A DNA stretch of 20,304 bases from Candidatus Eiseniibacteriota bacterium (GTDB lineage: Bacteria; Joyebacterota; Joyebacteria; Joyebacterales; Joyebacteraceae). The position numbers and the translations under genes were made by a program. The notes beneath the pieces were generated by a model. The model was not told the origin of the DNA. It made no database searches and saw nothing but the letters and a program-made list of their open reading frames with translations. Location of the stretch: assembly GCA_043819135.1 (NCBI GenBank), contig JBDRFG010000020.1:1-20304 (forward strand), written 5' to 3'. How positions within the stretch are numbered: position 1 is the stretch's first letter; the number at the start of each line of letters is the position of its first letter. This document shows, in pieces, positions 7,207 through 16,189 of this stretch.

Positions 7207-8121
7207 ATGGTGCACGACACGATACTCGACACGATAGGCAGCACACCGCTCATCCGCATCAACCGCATGACCGGGGACGCCGACGCCGAAGTGGTCGCCA
7301 AGCTCGAGTCCTTCAACCCAGGGAGCTCGGTCAAGGACCGCATCGCTCTCAACATGATCGAGGACGCCGAGCGGAGCGGCGCTCTAGTGCCGGGTGACGT
7401 CATCGTCGAGCCGACGTCGGGCAACACGGGCATCGGCCTGGCGCTCGTGGCTGCCGTCAAGGGTTACGAGGCAGTGCTCGTCATGCCAGAGACGATGAGT
7501 GTCGAGCGGCGCGCCATTCTCACGCACTTCGGAGCGAGCATCGTGCTGACTCCGGGCGGCGAGGGCATGAGGGGCGCCATCGCGGAGGCGGAGCGCCTCG
7601 CTGCCGCGCCCGGGCACTTTATGCCCCGGCAGTTCTCGAACCCCGCCAACCCGGACGCGCACAGGAAGACCACCGCGCGCGAGATTATCAGGGCGCTGGA
7701 GGGCCGGGCGCTCGACTTCTTCGTCGCCGGTGTCGGAACAGGCGGCACCGTCACGGGCACGGGGCAGGTCCTGAAGGAAACGTACCCCGACATCACCGTG
7801 GTCGCCGTCGAACCGGCCGGCTCGCCCGTCCTGTCAGGCGGCCCACGCGGTTCGCACGGGATCCAGGGCATCGGCGCCGGTTTCGTTCCCGACAACTACG
7901 ACAGGGAGACGGTGGATGAGGTGCTGCAGGTGGGCGACGGTGACGCAATGGAGACCGCGCGTGCCCTGGCCTGCCAAGAGGGCATTCTCGCGGGCATCTC
8001 ATCGGGCGCCGCCATGTTCGCCGCACTAGAGGTTGCGCGGCGCGCCGGACGTGGTAAGCTGGTTCTCGTGATGCTACCGGACACGGGTGAGCGCTATTTG
8101 AGCACCGACCTCTTCAGGTAG
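7207..8121 (+). CDS. cysK: Cysteine synthase A (O-acetylserine sulfhydrylase)
   Basis: ATG at 7207 after GGAGG; 304 aa. Motifs [16 protein letters not shown] (PLP Lys), [35 protein letters not shown] and [10 protein letters not shown]. Confidence 0.95.
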   Translation: MVHDTILDTIGSTPLIRINRMTGDADAEVVAKLESFNPGSSVKDRIALNMIEDAERSGALVPGDVIVEPTSGNTGIGLALVAAVKGYEAVLVMPETMSVERRAILTHFGASIVLTPGGEGMRGAIAEAERLAAAPGHFMPRQFSNPANPDAHRKTTAREIIRALEGRALDFFVAGVGTGGTVTGTGQVLKETYPDITVVAVEPAGSPVLSGGPRGSHGIQGIGAGFVPDNYDRETVDEVLQVGDGDAMETARALACQEGILAGISSGAAMFAALEVARRAGRGKLVLVMLPDTGERYLSTDLFR

Positions 8122-8126
8122 TCGAC

Positions 8127-8711
8127 ATGAGACCTCTCTTCCTCGACGACATAGCAGCAATCAGGAAGAACGACCCGGCCGCCAGGAGCATCGTCGAGAT
8201 CTGGCTGTGCTATCCCACCCTGCACGCTATCCTGATACACAGGGTCGCGCACTTCCTTCACGCGAGGCTCCGTGTTCCCGTCCTGCCCCGCTTCATCTCC
8301 GTGTGCAACAGGTTCATCACGGGCGTCGAGATACATCCAGGCGCGCGCATAGGCCGGGGCTTCTTCATCGACCACGGGAGCGGCGTGGTCATCGGAGAGA
8401 CGTCCGAAATAGGCGACGACTGCATCCTTTTCCACGGCGTGACCCTGGGAGGAACGGGTCATCACATGGACAAGCGGCACCCGACCATAGGCAACAATGT
8501 GCTTGTCGGTGCGAACGCCACGTTGCTCGGTCCCATCGAGGTCGGAAGCAACGCGAAGATAGGCGCTGCGGCGGTTGTCATTAACAGGGACGTCCCCTCC
8601 GACTGCACCGTCGTGGGCGCTCCCGGCAGGATAGTGAAGCGAGACGGTCGGCATGCCGACGAGCCTCTGCCTGTCGCGCACTATCAGCACAAGATGAATC
8701 GGAACGCCTGA
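8127..8711 (+). CDS. cysE: Serine O-acetyltransferase (short EpsC/CysE type)
   Basis: Motifs [39 protein letters not shown] and KRHPTIG, plus hexapeptide repeats. It starts 5 nt after the cysK stop. Confidence 0.95.
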   Translation: MRPLFLDDIAAIRKNDPAARSIVEIWLCYPTLHAILIHRVAHFLHARLRVPVLPRFISVCNRFITGVEIHPGARIGRGFFIDHGSGVVIGETSEIGDDCILFHGVTLGGTGHHMDKRHPTIGNNVLVGANATLLGPIEVGSNAKIGAAAVVINRDVPSDCTVVGAPGRIVKRDGRHADEPLPVAHYQHKMNRNA

Positions 8712-8817
8712 CGCGCGGCCCGCGCGGCAGGTGCCCCCCTGGCGGCCTCGGCCGCACTCGCACCCCCTAAACACCCGGCGGGACCACGTCTCCGCTCGGA
8801 AGGAAGGGAGGACCCCC

Positions 8818-10830
8818 ATGTCAGCGAGCGCAAGCTTCCTGCGTAGGATCCTGTTGTCGGCGGTACCCTGGCTTCTCCTCTGTGCGACCCTCGCGGTAGC
8901 GGCGCCCGTGCTGGCCGCGGACGACGTCGAGGAGCTGCCGCTCAAGACGGACATCGTCTCGGCGACCGTCTACGGCCGCCAGGCCCAGATTGTCCGTCGG
9001 GGAGAGGTGAGACTCGAGCCCGGTACCGTTCAGTTCGTGTGCGGCGACCTCCCTGAGAAGTTCGTCGAGTCGTCTCTCAGCGTGGAGGGGACCGGCGTCG
9101 AGGGCGCCAGGATCATAGGCATAGACCTCCGCAGGACCCAGACGTCCGGCACTGAATCCCCGCGCTACGAGGAACTCAGCACGGAGCTGGAGGGACTAGA
9201 GGCGAGCCTGGAGCGCCTTCAGATACGCCACTCGGCGCTAGGCCGCCGCAAGGAGCTTGCGAGGTCGATCAGCCAGTTCTCGAGCGAACTTGGGCAGGAG
9301 CAGTTGGCCGCCGGTGATTTCGCTCCGTCGTACTGGGACGGCGTCCTGGCCTTCTTCGAGAAGGAGAACGTCGGGACCGCCGACCGGATGGAGGAACTTG
9401 AGGCGGAGATGTCCGGGCTCGAGACGAGGCGGTCGTGGATACGGGCCGAGCTCCGCGCCATGCAGATCGGTGAGGGGCCGGGCAAAGAGGTTGTCGTCGA
9501 CTGCGAAACGGACGAAGGCGGCGCTCTGACCGTCGAGCTTACGTATCTGGTTCCCGACGCGTCGTGGTACCCGGAGTACACCGTCCGGTACATCGAGCGC
9601 GACGACGAGGTCGAGCTGACATACGCCGCGCGGATCGTCCAGGCCACCGGCGAGGACTGGAAGGGCGTGTCGGCAGTCCTGTCCACCGCCACTCCGCATG
9701 TGGGCGCCGCGCCGCCCGAGCTCATTCCTCTCTATGTCGGGGGCACGACCGGGTCGATTCGCGGCAGAGTGACCGCCGCGTCGTCCGGGATGGCGCTGCG
9801 CTATGCGAACGTGTCCGTCGTCGGGACCGCGAGCGGTTCGGTGACCAATGCCGACGGGGTGTACGTCATCTCAGACGTGTCCGCCGGCTCGCACACGCTC
9901 CAGGCCTCCTATATGGGCTACCAGACCGCGCGGAAGTCCGGTGTGAGGGTGGGCGTCGGCCGCGTGTCGCACGTCGAGTTCGCACTCGAGGAGGAGTATC
10001 TTGCGGCGGAAGAGGTTCAGCTCACCGCCTCTCGCAGATCGAGCGACGCCCTTGCGGTTCAGCCCGGCGTCGTTACCGAAGGCGAGATCCACGTCCGCGG
10101 CAGCAGGGCCAGCGAGGTCAAGCTGTACGCGGAGCCGCCCTCGATACCGCACGTGGAGGCCGAGCTGCTGGGCTCCGAGTTCGCCGCGAACCTCGTGATC
10201 CCGAAGCCCATCGACCTCGAGACGGGCGCCGAGCCCAGGCGCTCTCTCGTCGTCAGAAGGCGGATACCGGGGAGCTTCGTGCTCCAGGCGGTCCCGCGCC
10301 TCTCCGGGCACGTCTTTGTGAAGGGAACCCTCGAGAATCCGCTGGCCATTCCGCTTCTCCCGGGTGCCGCCGAGATGTACGTCGAGACGGTGCCGGAGGG
10401 CAGCAACGCGAAGGTCTCGAACTTCGTCGGGGAGGACCGCATCGATGCGGTCGGTTCCGGTGAGGAGTTCGAGATGTACCTCGGCGTCGACCAGAACGTG
10501 AAGGTCGAGCACTCTCTGAAGAGGAAGGAGACCCTCTCCAGGGAGTCGAGCAAGACCACGAAGGTGAGGTACACGTATCTCATCACCGCGGAGAGCTTCA
10601 GGCGTGGAGCCACCGAACTTCGCGTCGCCGACCGCGTCCCGGTCTCCACGATCAAGGAGGTCAAGATCACCGACCTCGAGATCGTCCCCGAGCCCGACGA
10701 GCAGACAGAGGAGGGGATGGTCAGCTGGCTGCTCCACATGGAGCACGGGGAGAAGCAGGAGATCACGGTCGAGTACGTCGTCGAATACCCATCACACATG
10801 TCGGCGACCAGTCTCGGCCTCGAGGAGTAG
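8818..10830 (+). CDS. Secreted DUF4140/DUF4139 (MuiA-like) protein with inserted carboxypeptidase-regulatory-like domain
   Basis: ATG at 8818 after GGGAGG; signal peptide present. N-terminal ATVY...AQIVR (DUF4140) and a coiled coil are followed by LTYLV..ASW.P.Y, Q.TGEDW.GV...LSTA.P, PLLPG.A, LGVD and DRVPVS (DUF4139). Confidence 0.88.
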   Translation: MSASASFLRRILLSAVPWLLLCATLAVAAPVLAADDVEELPLKTDIVSATVYGRQAQIVRRGEVRLEPGTVQFVCGDLPEKFVESSLSVEGTGVEGARIIGIDLRRTQTSGTESPRYEELSTELEGLEASLERLQIRHSALGRRKELARSISQFSSELGQEQLAAGDFAPSYWDGVLAFFEKENVGTADRMEELEAEMSGLETRRSWIRAELRAMQIGEGPGKEVVVDCETDEGGALTVELTYLVPDASWYPEYTVRYIERDDEVELTYAARIVQATGEDWKGVSAVLSTATPHVGAAPPELIPLYVGGTTGSIRGRVTAASSGMALRYANVSVVGTASGSVTNADGVYVISDVSAGSHTLQASYMGYQTARKSGVRVGVGRVSHVEFALEEEYLAAEEVQLTASRRSSDALAVQPGVVTEGEIHVRGSRASEVKLYAEPPSIPHVEAELLGSEFAANLVIPKPIDLETGAEPRRSLVVRRRIPGSFVLQAVPRLSGHVFVKGTLENPLAIPLLPGAAEMYVETVPEGSNAKVSNFVGEDRIDAVGSGEEFEMYLGVDQNVKVEHSLKRKETLSRESSKTTKVRYTYLITAESFRRGATELRVADRVPVSTIKEVKITDLEIVPEPDEQTEEGMVSWLLHMEHGEKQEITVEYVVEYPSHMSATSLGLEE

Positions 10831-10851
10831 GCGGTAGAGACCGGCGATTCG

Positions 10852-10860
10852 TGGTATGAT
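10852..10860 (+). promoter_or_regulatory. Extended -10 sigma70-type element (TGnTATGAT)
   Basis: TGGTATGAT lies in the intergenic region about 115 nt upstream of ATG 10974. There is no clear -35. Confidence 0.5.
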
Positions 10861-10973
10861 ACCCGCTGCTGCGCGTGCGTTGATGACGGCGTCAGCGCAC
10901 GCGCGTCGGCGTCGTTTCGTGCGTGTCAAGTTCCCCGGGCAGTGCCCGGGCGCACATTGCGAAGGGACGGCAG

Positions 10974-12452
10974 ATGTCGGCAGTGGAACAGCGGGGGTCC
11001 GAGGTTCAGAACGTGCGCGAGGCGCTGGCCTCGTTTCTCGATGACTATCCGACCTACAAGGACACGAGCGCGATAGACGAGCTGCGCGAGAAGGACTACT
11101 CACGCCTGGACGCGCAGGGACACATCTACCTGGACTTCACGGGGGCAAGCCTGTACTCAGAGAGCCAGCTGGCCAGGCACCTCCACCTGCTCAGGGCGAA
11201 CGTGTTCGGCAATCCTCATTCGCTCAACCCCACGTCTATGGCGATGACGGACCTGGTCGAGCGGGCGCGCAAGCGCGTGCTCCGCTACTTCAACGCGTCG
11301 CACAACGACTACCTTGCCATCTTCACGCCCAACGCCAGCGGCGCGCTCAGGCTCGTCGGCGAGGCATACCCGTTCGACGAGGACGCCAGGTTCCTTCTGA
11401 CGTTCGACAACCACAACTCGGTCAATGGCATCCGCGAGTTCGCGAGGACCAAACACACTCCGACCACATACGTGCCGGTCGAGCTGCCGGAGATGCGCGT
11501 GAACGAGACGGAGCTCGAGTGCCTTCTGGACGAGCCCGGTCCCGGTCAGACCAACCTGTTCGCGTTCCCGGCGCAGTCGAACTTCTCCGGCGTCCAGCAT
11601 CCTCTCGAGTGGATCGAACTTGCTCAGGAGAAGGGCTGGGACGTTATCCTCGACGCCGCGGCATACGTGGCGACCAACCGGCTCGACCTCAGTCGCTGGA
11701 AGCCGGACTTCGTTCCGGTCTCCTTCTACAAGATGTTCGGCTACCCCACCGGGGTCGGCTGCCTCCTGGCCAGACGGGACGCGATCGCGAAACTCAGGCG
11801 CCCGTGGTTCGCTGGAGGCACCATCACCGTCGCCTCCGTTCAGGGCGACAAGTACTATCTCCACGACAGCGAGGCCGCGTTCGAGGACGGGACCATCGAC
11901 TATCTTGCGCTGCCCGCCGTGGAGGCCGGTCTGGACCATCTTTGCGCTGTCGGGCTCAAGACCATCCACGAGAGAGTGAAGTGTCTCACCGGGTGGAGCC
12001 TCGGCGAGCTTGCGGACATGCGTCACAGCAACGGCAGGCCGTTGCTACACATATACGGTCCGCTGGACACGGACATGCGGGGCGGGACCGTCACGATGAA
12101 CTTCTACGACCCCGATTGCCGGTTCTTCGACCACCGCATGATCGAGTCCGAGGCCAGCCGCGCGAGGATCTCGCTCAGGACCGGGTGCTTCTGCAATCCA
12201 GGGGGCGGGGAGCTGTCCCTCGGCATCTCCGAGAGCGACCTCACCACCTGTTTTTCTCAACCGCAGAAGAGGCTGACCCTGGACGACTTTCGCCACTGCA
12301 TAGACGGCAAGAGCACGGGGGCCGTTCGCATATCGTTCGGCATCGCCAGCAACTTCGCCGACGCGTACCGCTTCGTGGAGTTCGCGAGGACGTTCACGGA
12401 CCAGCGCGCTGACCAGGAGGCGCCGGGTGGAGATACGGCCCTACGAGGATAA
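10974..12452 (+). CDS. Class V PLP-dependent enzyme, molybdenum cofactor sulfurase (MOCOS/ABA3/HxB) N-terminal-domain type cysteine desulfurase
   Basis: Motifs YLDFTGASLY, GNPHS, DNHNSVNGIRE, FPAQSNFSG, SFYKMFGYPTGVGCL (PLP Lys at 11730-11732), FEDGT, LRTGCFCNPG (12174-12203) and GAVRISFG. There is no C-terminal MOSC domain. Confidence 0.85.
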   Translation: MSAVEQRGSEVQNVREALASFLDDYPTYKDTSAIDELREKDYSRLDAQGHIYLDFTGASLYSESQLARHLHLLRANVFGNPHSLNPTSMAMTDLVERARKRVLRYFNASHNDYLAIFTPNASGALRLVGEAYPFDEDARFLLTFDNHNSVNGIREFARTKHTPTTYVPVELPEMRVNETELECLLDEPGPGQTNLFAFPAQSNFSGVQHPLEWIELAQEKGWDVILDAAAYVATNRLDLSRWKPDFVPVSFYKMFGYPTGVGCLLARRDAIAKLRRPWFAGGTITVASVQGDKYYLHDSEAAFEDGTIDYLALPAVEAGLDHLCAVGLKTIHERVKCLTGWSLGELADMRHSNGRPLLHIYGPLDTDMRGGTVTMNFYDPDCRFFDHRMIESEASRARISLRTGCFCNPGGGELSLGISESDLTTCFSQPQKRLTLDDFRHCIDGKSTGAVRISFGIASNFADAYRFVEFARTFTDQRADQEAPGGDTALRG

Positions 12453-12852
12453 GGATCTGTCGGCGGTCGTCAAGCTGTGGAACGCTGTGTTCCCGAACGC
12501 GCCGGCGCATAACGATCCCGCCGAGGCAATAGCGCGGAAGCTCGAGGTGCAGCGGGAGCTCTTCGTCGTGGCCACGGACGCCGGGGAGATCGTCGGGACG
12601 GCGATGGCCGGCTACGACGGACACCGCGGGTGGGTCTACTCCGTGACGGTGAGCCCCGATCGCAGGAGGCTGGGGATAGGCACGGCGCTCATGCGGCGGG
12701 TCGAGCGCGGCCTCGCAGGTCTGGGGTGTCCGAAGCTGAACCTCCAGGTGCGAGGCACCAACCGCCAGGCGGTGGGCTTCTACGAGAGCCTCGGGTACGC
12801 GACCGAGGACCGCGTCAGCATGGGGAAGAAGCTCGGCCGAGACAAGGAATGA
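12427..12852 (+). CDS. GNAT family acetyltransferase (YpeA-like)
   Basis: GTG at 12427 after CAGGAGG (12414-12420), overlapping the upstream gene by 26 nt. Motifs MAGYDGHRGWVY, V.P..RRLGIGTAL (acetyl-CoA loop), KLNLQVR..N and FYESLGY. Confidence 0.9.
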   Translation: MEIRPYEDKDLSAVVKLWNAVFPNAPAHNDPAEAIARKLEVQRELFVVATDAGEIVGTAMAGYDGHRGWVYSVTVSPDRRRLGIGTALMRRVERGLAGLGCPKLNLQVRGTNRQAVGFYESLGYATEDRVSMGKKLGRDKE

Positions 12853-12948
12853 CGCTCCAGGATCATCGGCGTAACGACTGAGGCAGCTGCCGTCCCGCCA
12901 GGACGACGCGCCGCACGAGAGCTTTCGCCGTGAGAGGGAGACGACCGG

Positions 12949-14199
12949 ATGGACATGCGCTTCGGCTACGTCACCGTGACCGCCGCCCCGCTCGGTGGGC
13001 GGTCCCAGGCGGGCGCCGCGTCCGACTACGCCCGCGCGCTTGAGACGATCGGCGGGGAGCCGTGGGAGCCCCGGAACGTCGCCGACCCGGTCCCGCTGGC
13101 AGTGCTCGTCGAGACGGGAGGGACCGAGCGGACCATCCTGGATCTTTGGCGCAGAAGACTCGACACTGCGGCAAAGGCCCCGGTGCTTCTGGTGGCCCAC
13201 TCCGGCAGCAACTCACTCCCGGCCTCGTTGGAGGCGCTCGCCCGACTGCGCCAGGACGGCCTGAGGGGACGCATCCTCTACCTTGCGAACCCGGGTGACG
13301 CAGCCGGGCTGGCCGCCGTCAGGGCGGCGGTCCGCGATGTCGACGCGTGGCGACAGCTGCGCCAGGCGCGGATCGGCGTCGTCGGTTCGCCATCGGGCTG
13401 GCTGGTTGCGAGCAGCCCCGACCCCTCGATCGTCCGAACAACGTGGGGTCCTCACGTCTCCACGGTCAGTCTCGATCAGCTGACTGAGGCCATCCGCACC
13501 GCGGCCGCGCTCGCAGCCGGGTCCGAGAGGGAGTCCATCGCGTCGGGAGCGGCCGAGGTTGTCGAGCCCGGGCCGACCGACGTCACCACGGCCGAGATCG
13601 TCTTCGCGGCCGTTCAGCGCATCGCGGAGCAGCACGGTTTCAAGGGTGTGGCCTTGCGTTGCTTCGATCTGGTCGAGGAGCTTGGGACCACCGGCTGTGT
13701 CGCGCTGTCCAGGTTGGCGGACCAGGGAGTGGCGGCGGGCTGCGAGGGGGACGTGGTGAGCACAGTGGCCATGCTCTGGGTGAAGCTCCTTCTGGATGAG
13801 ACCTCGTGGATGGCCAACCCGTCGGCGGTCGACCCCGCCGGGAACTCTTTGGTGCTAGCTCACTGCACCGTTCCACGAAGCATGGTCGGCGACTACAAGC
13901 TGCGCTCGCATGTCGAGTCGGGCAAGGGCGTGGCCATCCAGGGCGCGCTGGCCGGCGGTCCCGTCACGCTCGTCCGGATCGGCGGGAAGTCCATGACCGA
14001 GCTGTGGCTGGCCGAGGGCGAGGTTCAAAGGGCCGGGCATTCCGATAGTCTGTGTCGCACCCAGGTGGAGCTGCAGCTGACCGGCGGCGGCACGGTGTCG
14101 GACCTGCTCGAGCGTCCTCTGGGGAACCACCTGGTCCTGGTGCGGGGACGGCACGCCGCGCGACTGCGCGCGTGGTGGGAGATGATGATAGCGGACTAG
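12949..14199 (+). CDS. L-fucose/L-arabinose isomerase-like protein
   Basis: Motifs TGGTE, NSLPASLE, WLVAS, LRCFDL, GCEGD, MANP, AHCTVP, SH.ESG.GVAI.G, CRTQ and LGNH match the short fucose-isomerase-related family. Confidence 0.8.
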   Translation: MDMRFGYVTVTAAPLGGRSQAGAASDYARALETIGGEPWEPRNVADPVPLAVLVETGGTERTILDLWRRRLDTAAKAPVLLVAHSGSNSLPASLEALARLRQDGLRGRILYLANPGDAAGLAAVRAAVRDVDAWRQLRQARIGVVGSPSGWLVASSPDPSIVRTTWGPHVSTVSLDQLTEAIRTAAALAAGSERESIASGAAEVVEPGPTDVTTAEIVFAAVQRIAEQHGFKGVALRCFDLVEELGTTGCVALSRLADQGVAAGCEGDVVSTVAMLWVKLLLDETSWMANPSAVDPAGNSLVLAHCTVPRSMVGDYKLRSHVESGKGVAIQGALAGGPVTLVRIGGKSMTELWLAEGEVQRAGHSDSLCRTQVELQLTGGGTVSDLLERPLGNHLVLVRGRHAARLRAWWEMMIAD

Positions 14200-14246
14200 C
14201 TCGACCGGGGCCGCCCCGTCGGTGGAGACGTCCGAGGAGTCGAAGG

Positions 14247-14639
14247 ATGCCCCAGCGCTCGCCCGGATCCCCGCGACGTTCCGCCGGAGTCCACGAAAGC
14301 ATCTACAGGATAGCGCGCCTGATACCCCCGGGTCGCGTTGCCACGTACGGCCAGCTCGCCGCGTTCGAGGGCGCGTGCACCCCGCGAATGGTGGGCTACG
14401 CCATGGCCTCCGTTCCCGCGGGCAGCGACGTGCCCTGGCACCGCGTCATCAATAGCAGAGGCACAATCAGTCTGAGCCCCGAATGCGACGGCCACCAACT
14501 CCAGCGCGCCATGCTCGAGTCGGAGGGAGTCGTTTTCGACGAGGGCGGGCGGGTCGACCTCGAGCGATTCGGGTGGACCGGGCCGGGCCTGAACGGGGGC
14601 CGAGCCAACCGCCGGGAGGACCGGAACACGCGGCGGTAA
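14247..14639 (+). CDS. Alkyltransferase-like protein (MGMT family, Atl/YbaZ type)
   Basis: ATG at 14247 after GAGGAG. Motifs IP.GRVATYGQLA, RMVG.AM, PWHRVINS.G (Trp replaces the acceptor Cys) and Q..MLE.EGV.F. Confidence 0.9.
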   Translation: MPQRSPGSPRRSAGVHESIYRIARLIPPGRVATYGQLAAFEGACTPRMVGYAMASVPAGSDVPWHRVINSRGTISLSPECDGHQLQRAMLESEGVVFDEGGRVDLERFGWTGPGLNGGRANRREDRNTRR

Positions 14640-14663
14640 TGGGTGTCCACGACCTCCCCCTCG

Positions 14664-14672
14664 TGCTATACT
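14664..14672 (+). promoter_or_regulatory. Extended -10 sigma70-type element (TGnTATACT)
   Basis: TGCTATACT is intergenic, about 30 nt upstream of ATG 14705 and its SD AGGAGG. Confidence 0.55.
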
Positions 14673-14704
14673 CCCCGGTCGCTTTTCTCCATAGGAGGTC
14701 ACAC

Positions 14705-16072
14705 ATGCCCAGTTCTCCGGCCGTCGCACTCGAGCACGCAAGGAAGGCACGAGACAAGGTACTGTCCGAACTGCGTGAGTTCCTGAGTATCCCGTCCGTA
14801 TCCAGCAATCCCCAGGGTCACGATGACATCAAGCGCGCCACCGACTGGCTTTGCGGGCGCCTGAAAACCCTGGGTCTCGAACGCGTCGAGGCGCTGGCCA
14901 CTGCCGGGCACCCCGTCGTGTACGGCGAATCGCTGACCGCCGGGCCGTCCGCTCCGACCGTGCTCATGTACGGTCACTACGACGTGCAGTCCGCCGCCCC
15001 GCTGGGTGACTGGGACACCGATCCTTACAGACCCGTTGTGCGAGGGGACAGCCTCTTCGCGAGAGGCTCGTCAGACAACAAGGGACAGATCATGGCCTGC
15101 GTCGCGGCCGTCCAGGCCGTGATGAAAGCGGGCCCGCTGCCCGTCAATCTCAAGTTCATAGTCGAGGGTGAGGAGGAACTGGGCTCGCCCAACTTCGCGG
15201 GGTTCCTGGAGGAACATCGCGACCGTCTCGGCGGCGACTTCGTCCTCAACCCCGACGCGGGCATGCTGGGGCCCGACACTCCGACTATCTACTACGGTCT
15301 GCGCGGCATGTACGTGTGCAAGCTCCGCGTGGTCGGCCCGTCGCGCGACCTGCACTCGGGAAGCTACGGCGGCGTCGTGCACAATCCTATTCACGCGCTC
15401 TCGCACATGATCGCCGGCTTGCACGACCGTGACGGCCGCGTGACGCTCCGCGGGTTTTACGACAGGGTGCGCGAGCTGACGCCGGAGGAGCGCGCCGAGA
15501 TGGCCGCCCTCCCGAGAGACGAGGCCTCCTACCTCGAGCAGTCGGGTGTCAGCAAGCTCTGGGGCGAGCCGGGGTTCACGCCGGTGGAGCGCGAGGGAGC
15601 AAGGCCCGCCGTCGATGTGATTCACATTCTTGCGGGCAGTCCGAAGTCCGCGATCCCTGCGGAGGCGAGCGCCATCATCACGGCACGACTCGTACCCGAC
15701 CAGGACCCCAACGAGGTCCACGAGGGGCTGATGCAGCACCTCAAGGACAGCATTCCGTCCACCGTCAGCTGGGAAGTGCAGAAGTGCGAGGGATTCCCCG
15801 CGTCTCTGACCGACAGGTCCAGCCCGGGTGTGCTTGCACTGGCCAGTGCAATGGTGGACGTCTGGGGCACGGAGCCTGTGTTCTGCAGGAGCGGCGGCAG
15901 CATCGCGGCCGTGGGGCAGCTGCAGACGATCCTCGGGATCGACTCGGTCCTCACCGGGTTCGCACTCCCGGATGCGCAGATGCACGGGCCCAACGAGAAG
16001 CTCCACCTGCCAACCTGGCAGAAGGGCATCGAGGCGCTTGTTCGCTTCATTTACCACCTCGCGGACGCGTAG
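14705..16072 (+). CDS. M20 family metallo-dipeptidase (CNDP2/Dug1-like)
   Basis: Motifs IPSVS, YGHYDVQ, ARGSSDNKG, EGEEE.GS, GLRG, DLHSG.YGG, RLVPDQDP, GGSI and HGPNE. ATG at 14705 follows AGGAGG. Confidence 0.92.
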   Translation: MPSSPAVALEHARKARDKVLSELREFLSIPSVSSNPQGHDDIKRATDWLCGRLKTLGLERVEALATAGHPVVYGESLTAGPSAPTVLMYGHYDVQSAAPLGDWDTDPYRPVVRGDSLFARGSSDNKGQIMACVAAVQAVMKAGPLPVNLKFIVEGEEELGSPNFAGFLEEHRDRLGGDFVLNPDAGMLGPDTPTIYYGLRGMYVCKLRVVGPSRDLHSGSYGGVVHNPIHALSHMIAGLHDRDGRVTLRGFYDRVRELTPEERAEMAALPRDEASYLEQSGVSKLWGEPGFTPVEREGARPAVDVIHILAGSPKSAIPAEASAIITARLVPDQDPNEVHEGLMQHLKDSIPSTVSWEVQKCEGFPASLTDRSSPGVLALASAMVDVWGTEPVFCRSGGSIAAVGQLQTILGIDSVLTGFALPDAQMHGPNEKLHLPTWQKGIEALVRFIYHLADA

Positions 16073-16189
16073 CACGTTTTGTCTTCCTGGACGCCGCGGC
16101 TCGTGCCGGCGGCGGCCGGGGAGTGACAAGGGCGTGATCCGGTCATCTGTAGGACACAACGGGCGTTTGATGGGAACGAGGGGAGAGGC

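Noticed and set aside
12871..12894. ECF-like promoter GTAAC-N15-CGTC before the isomerase gene (similar weak matches at 8768-8790, 16123-16148 and 17797-17820)
   Set aside because: The motifs are short and their spacers are inconsistent (14-16 nt), so they cannot be told from chance without a genome-wide model.
14247..14639. Apparently inactivated O6-methylguanine methyltransferase (no catalytic Cys)
   Set aside because: PWHRV is the normal signature of the well-known alkyltransferase-like proteins, so this is neither a defect nor a novelty.
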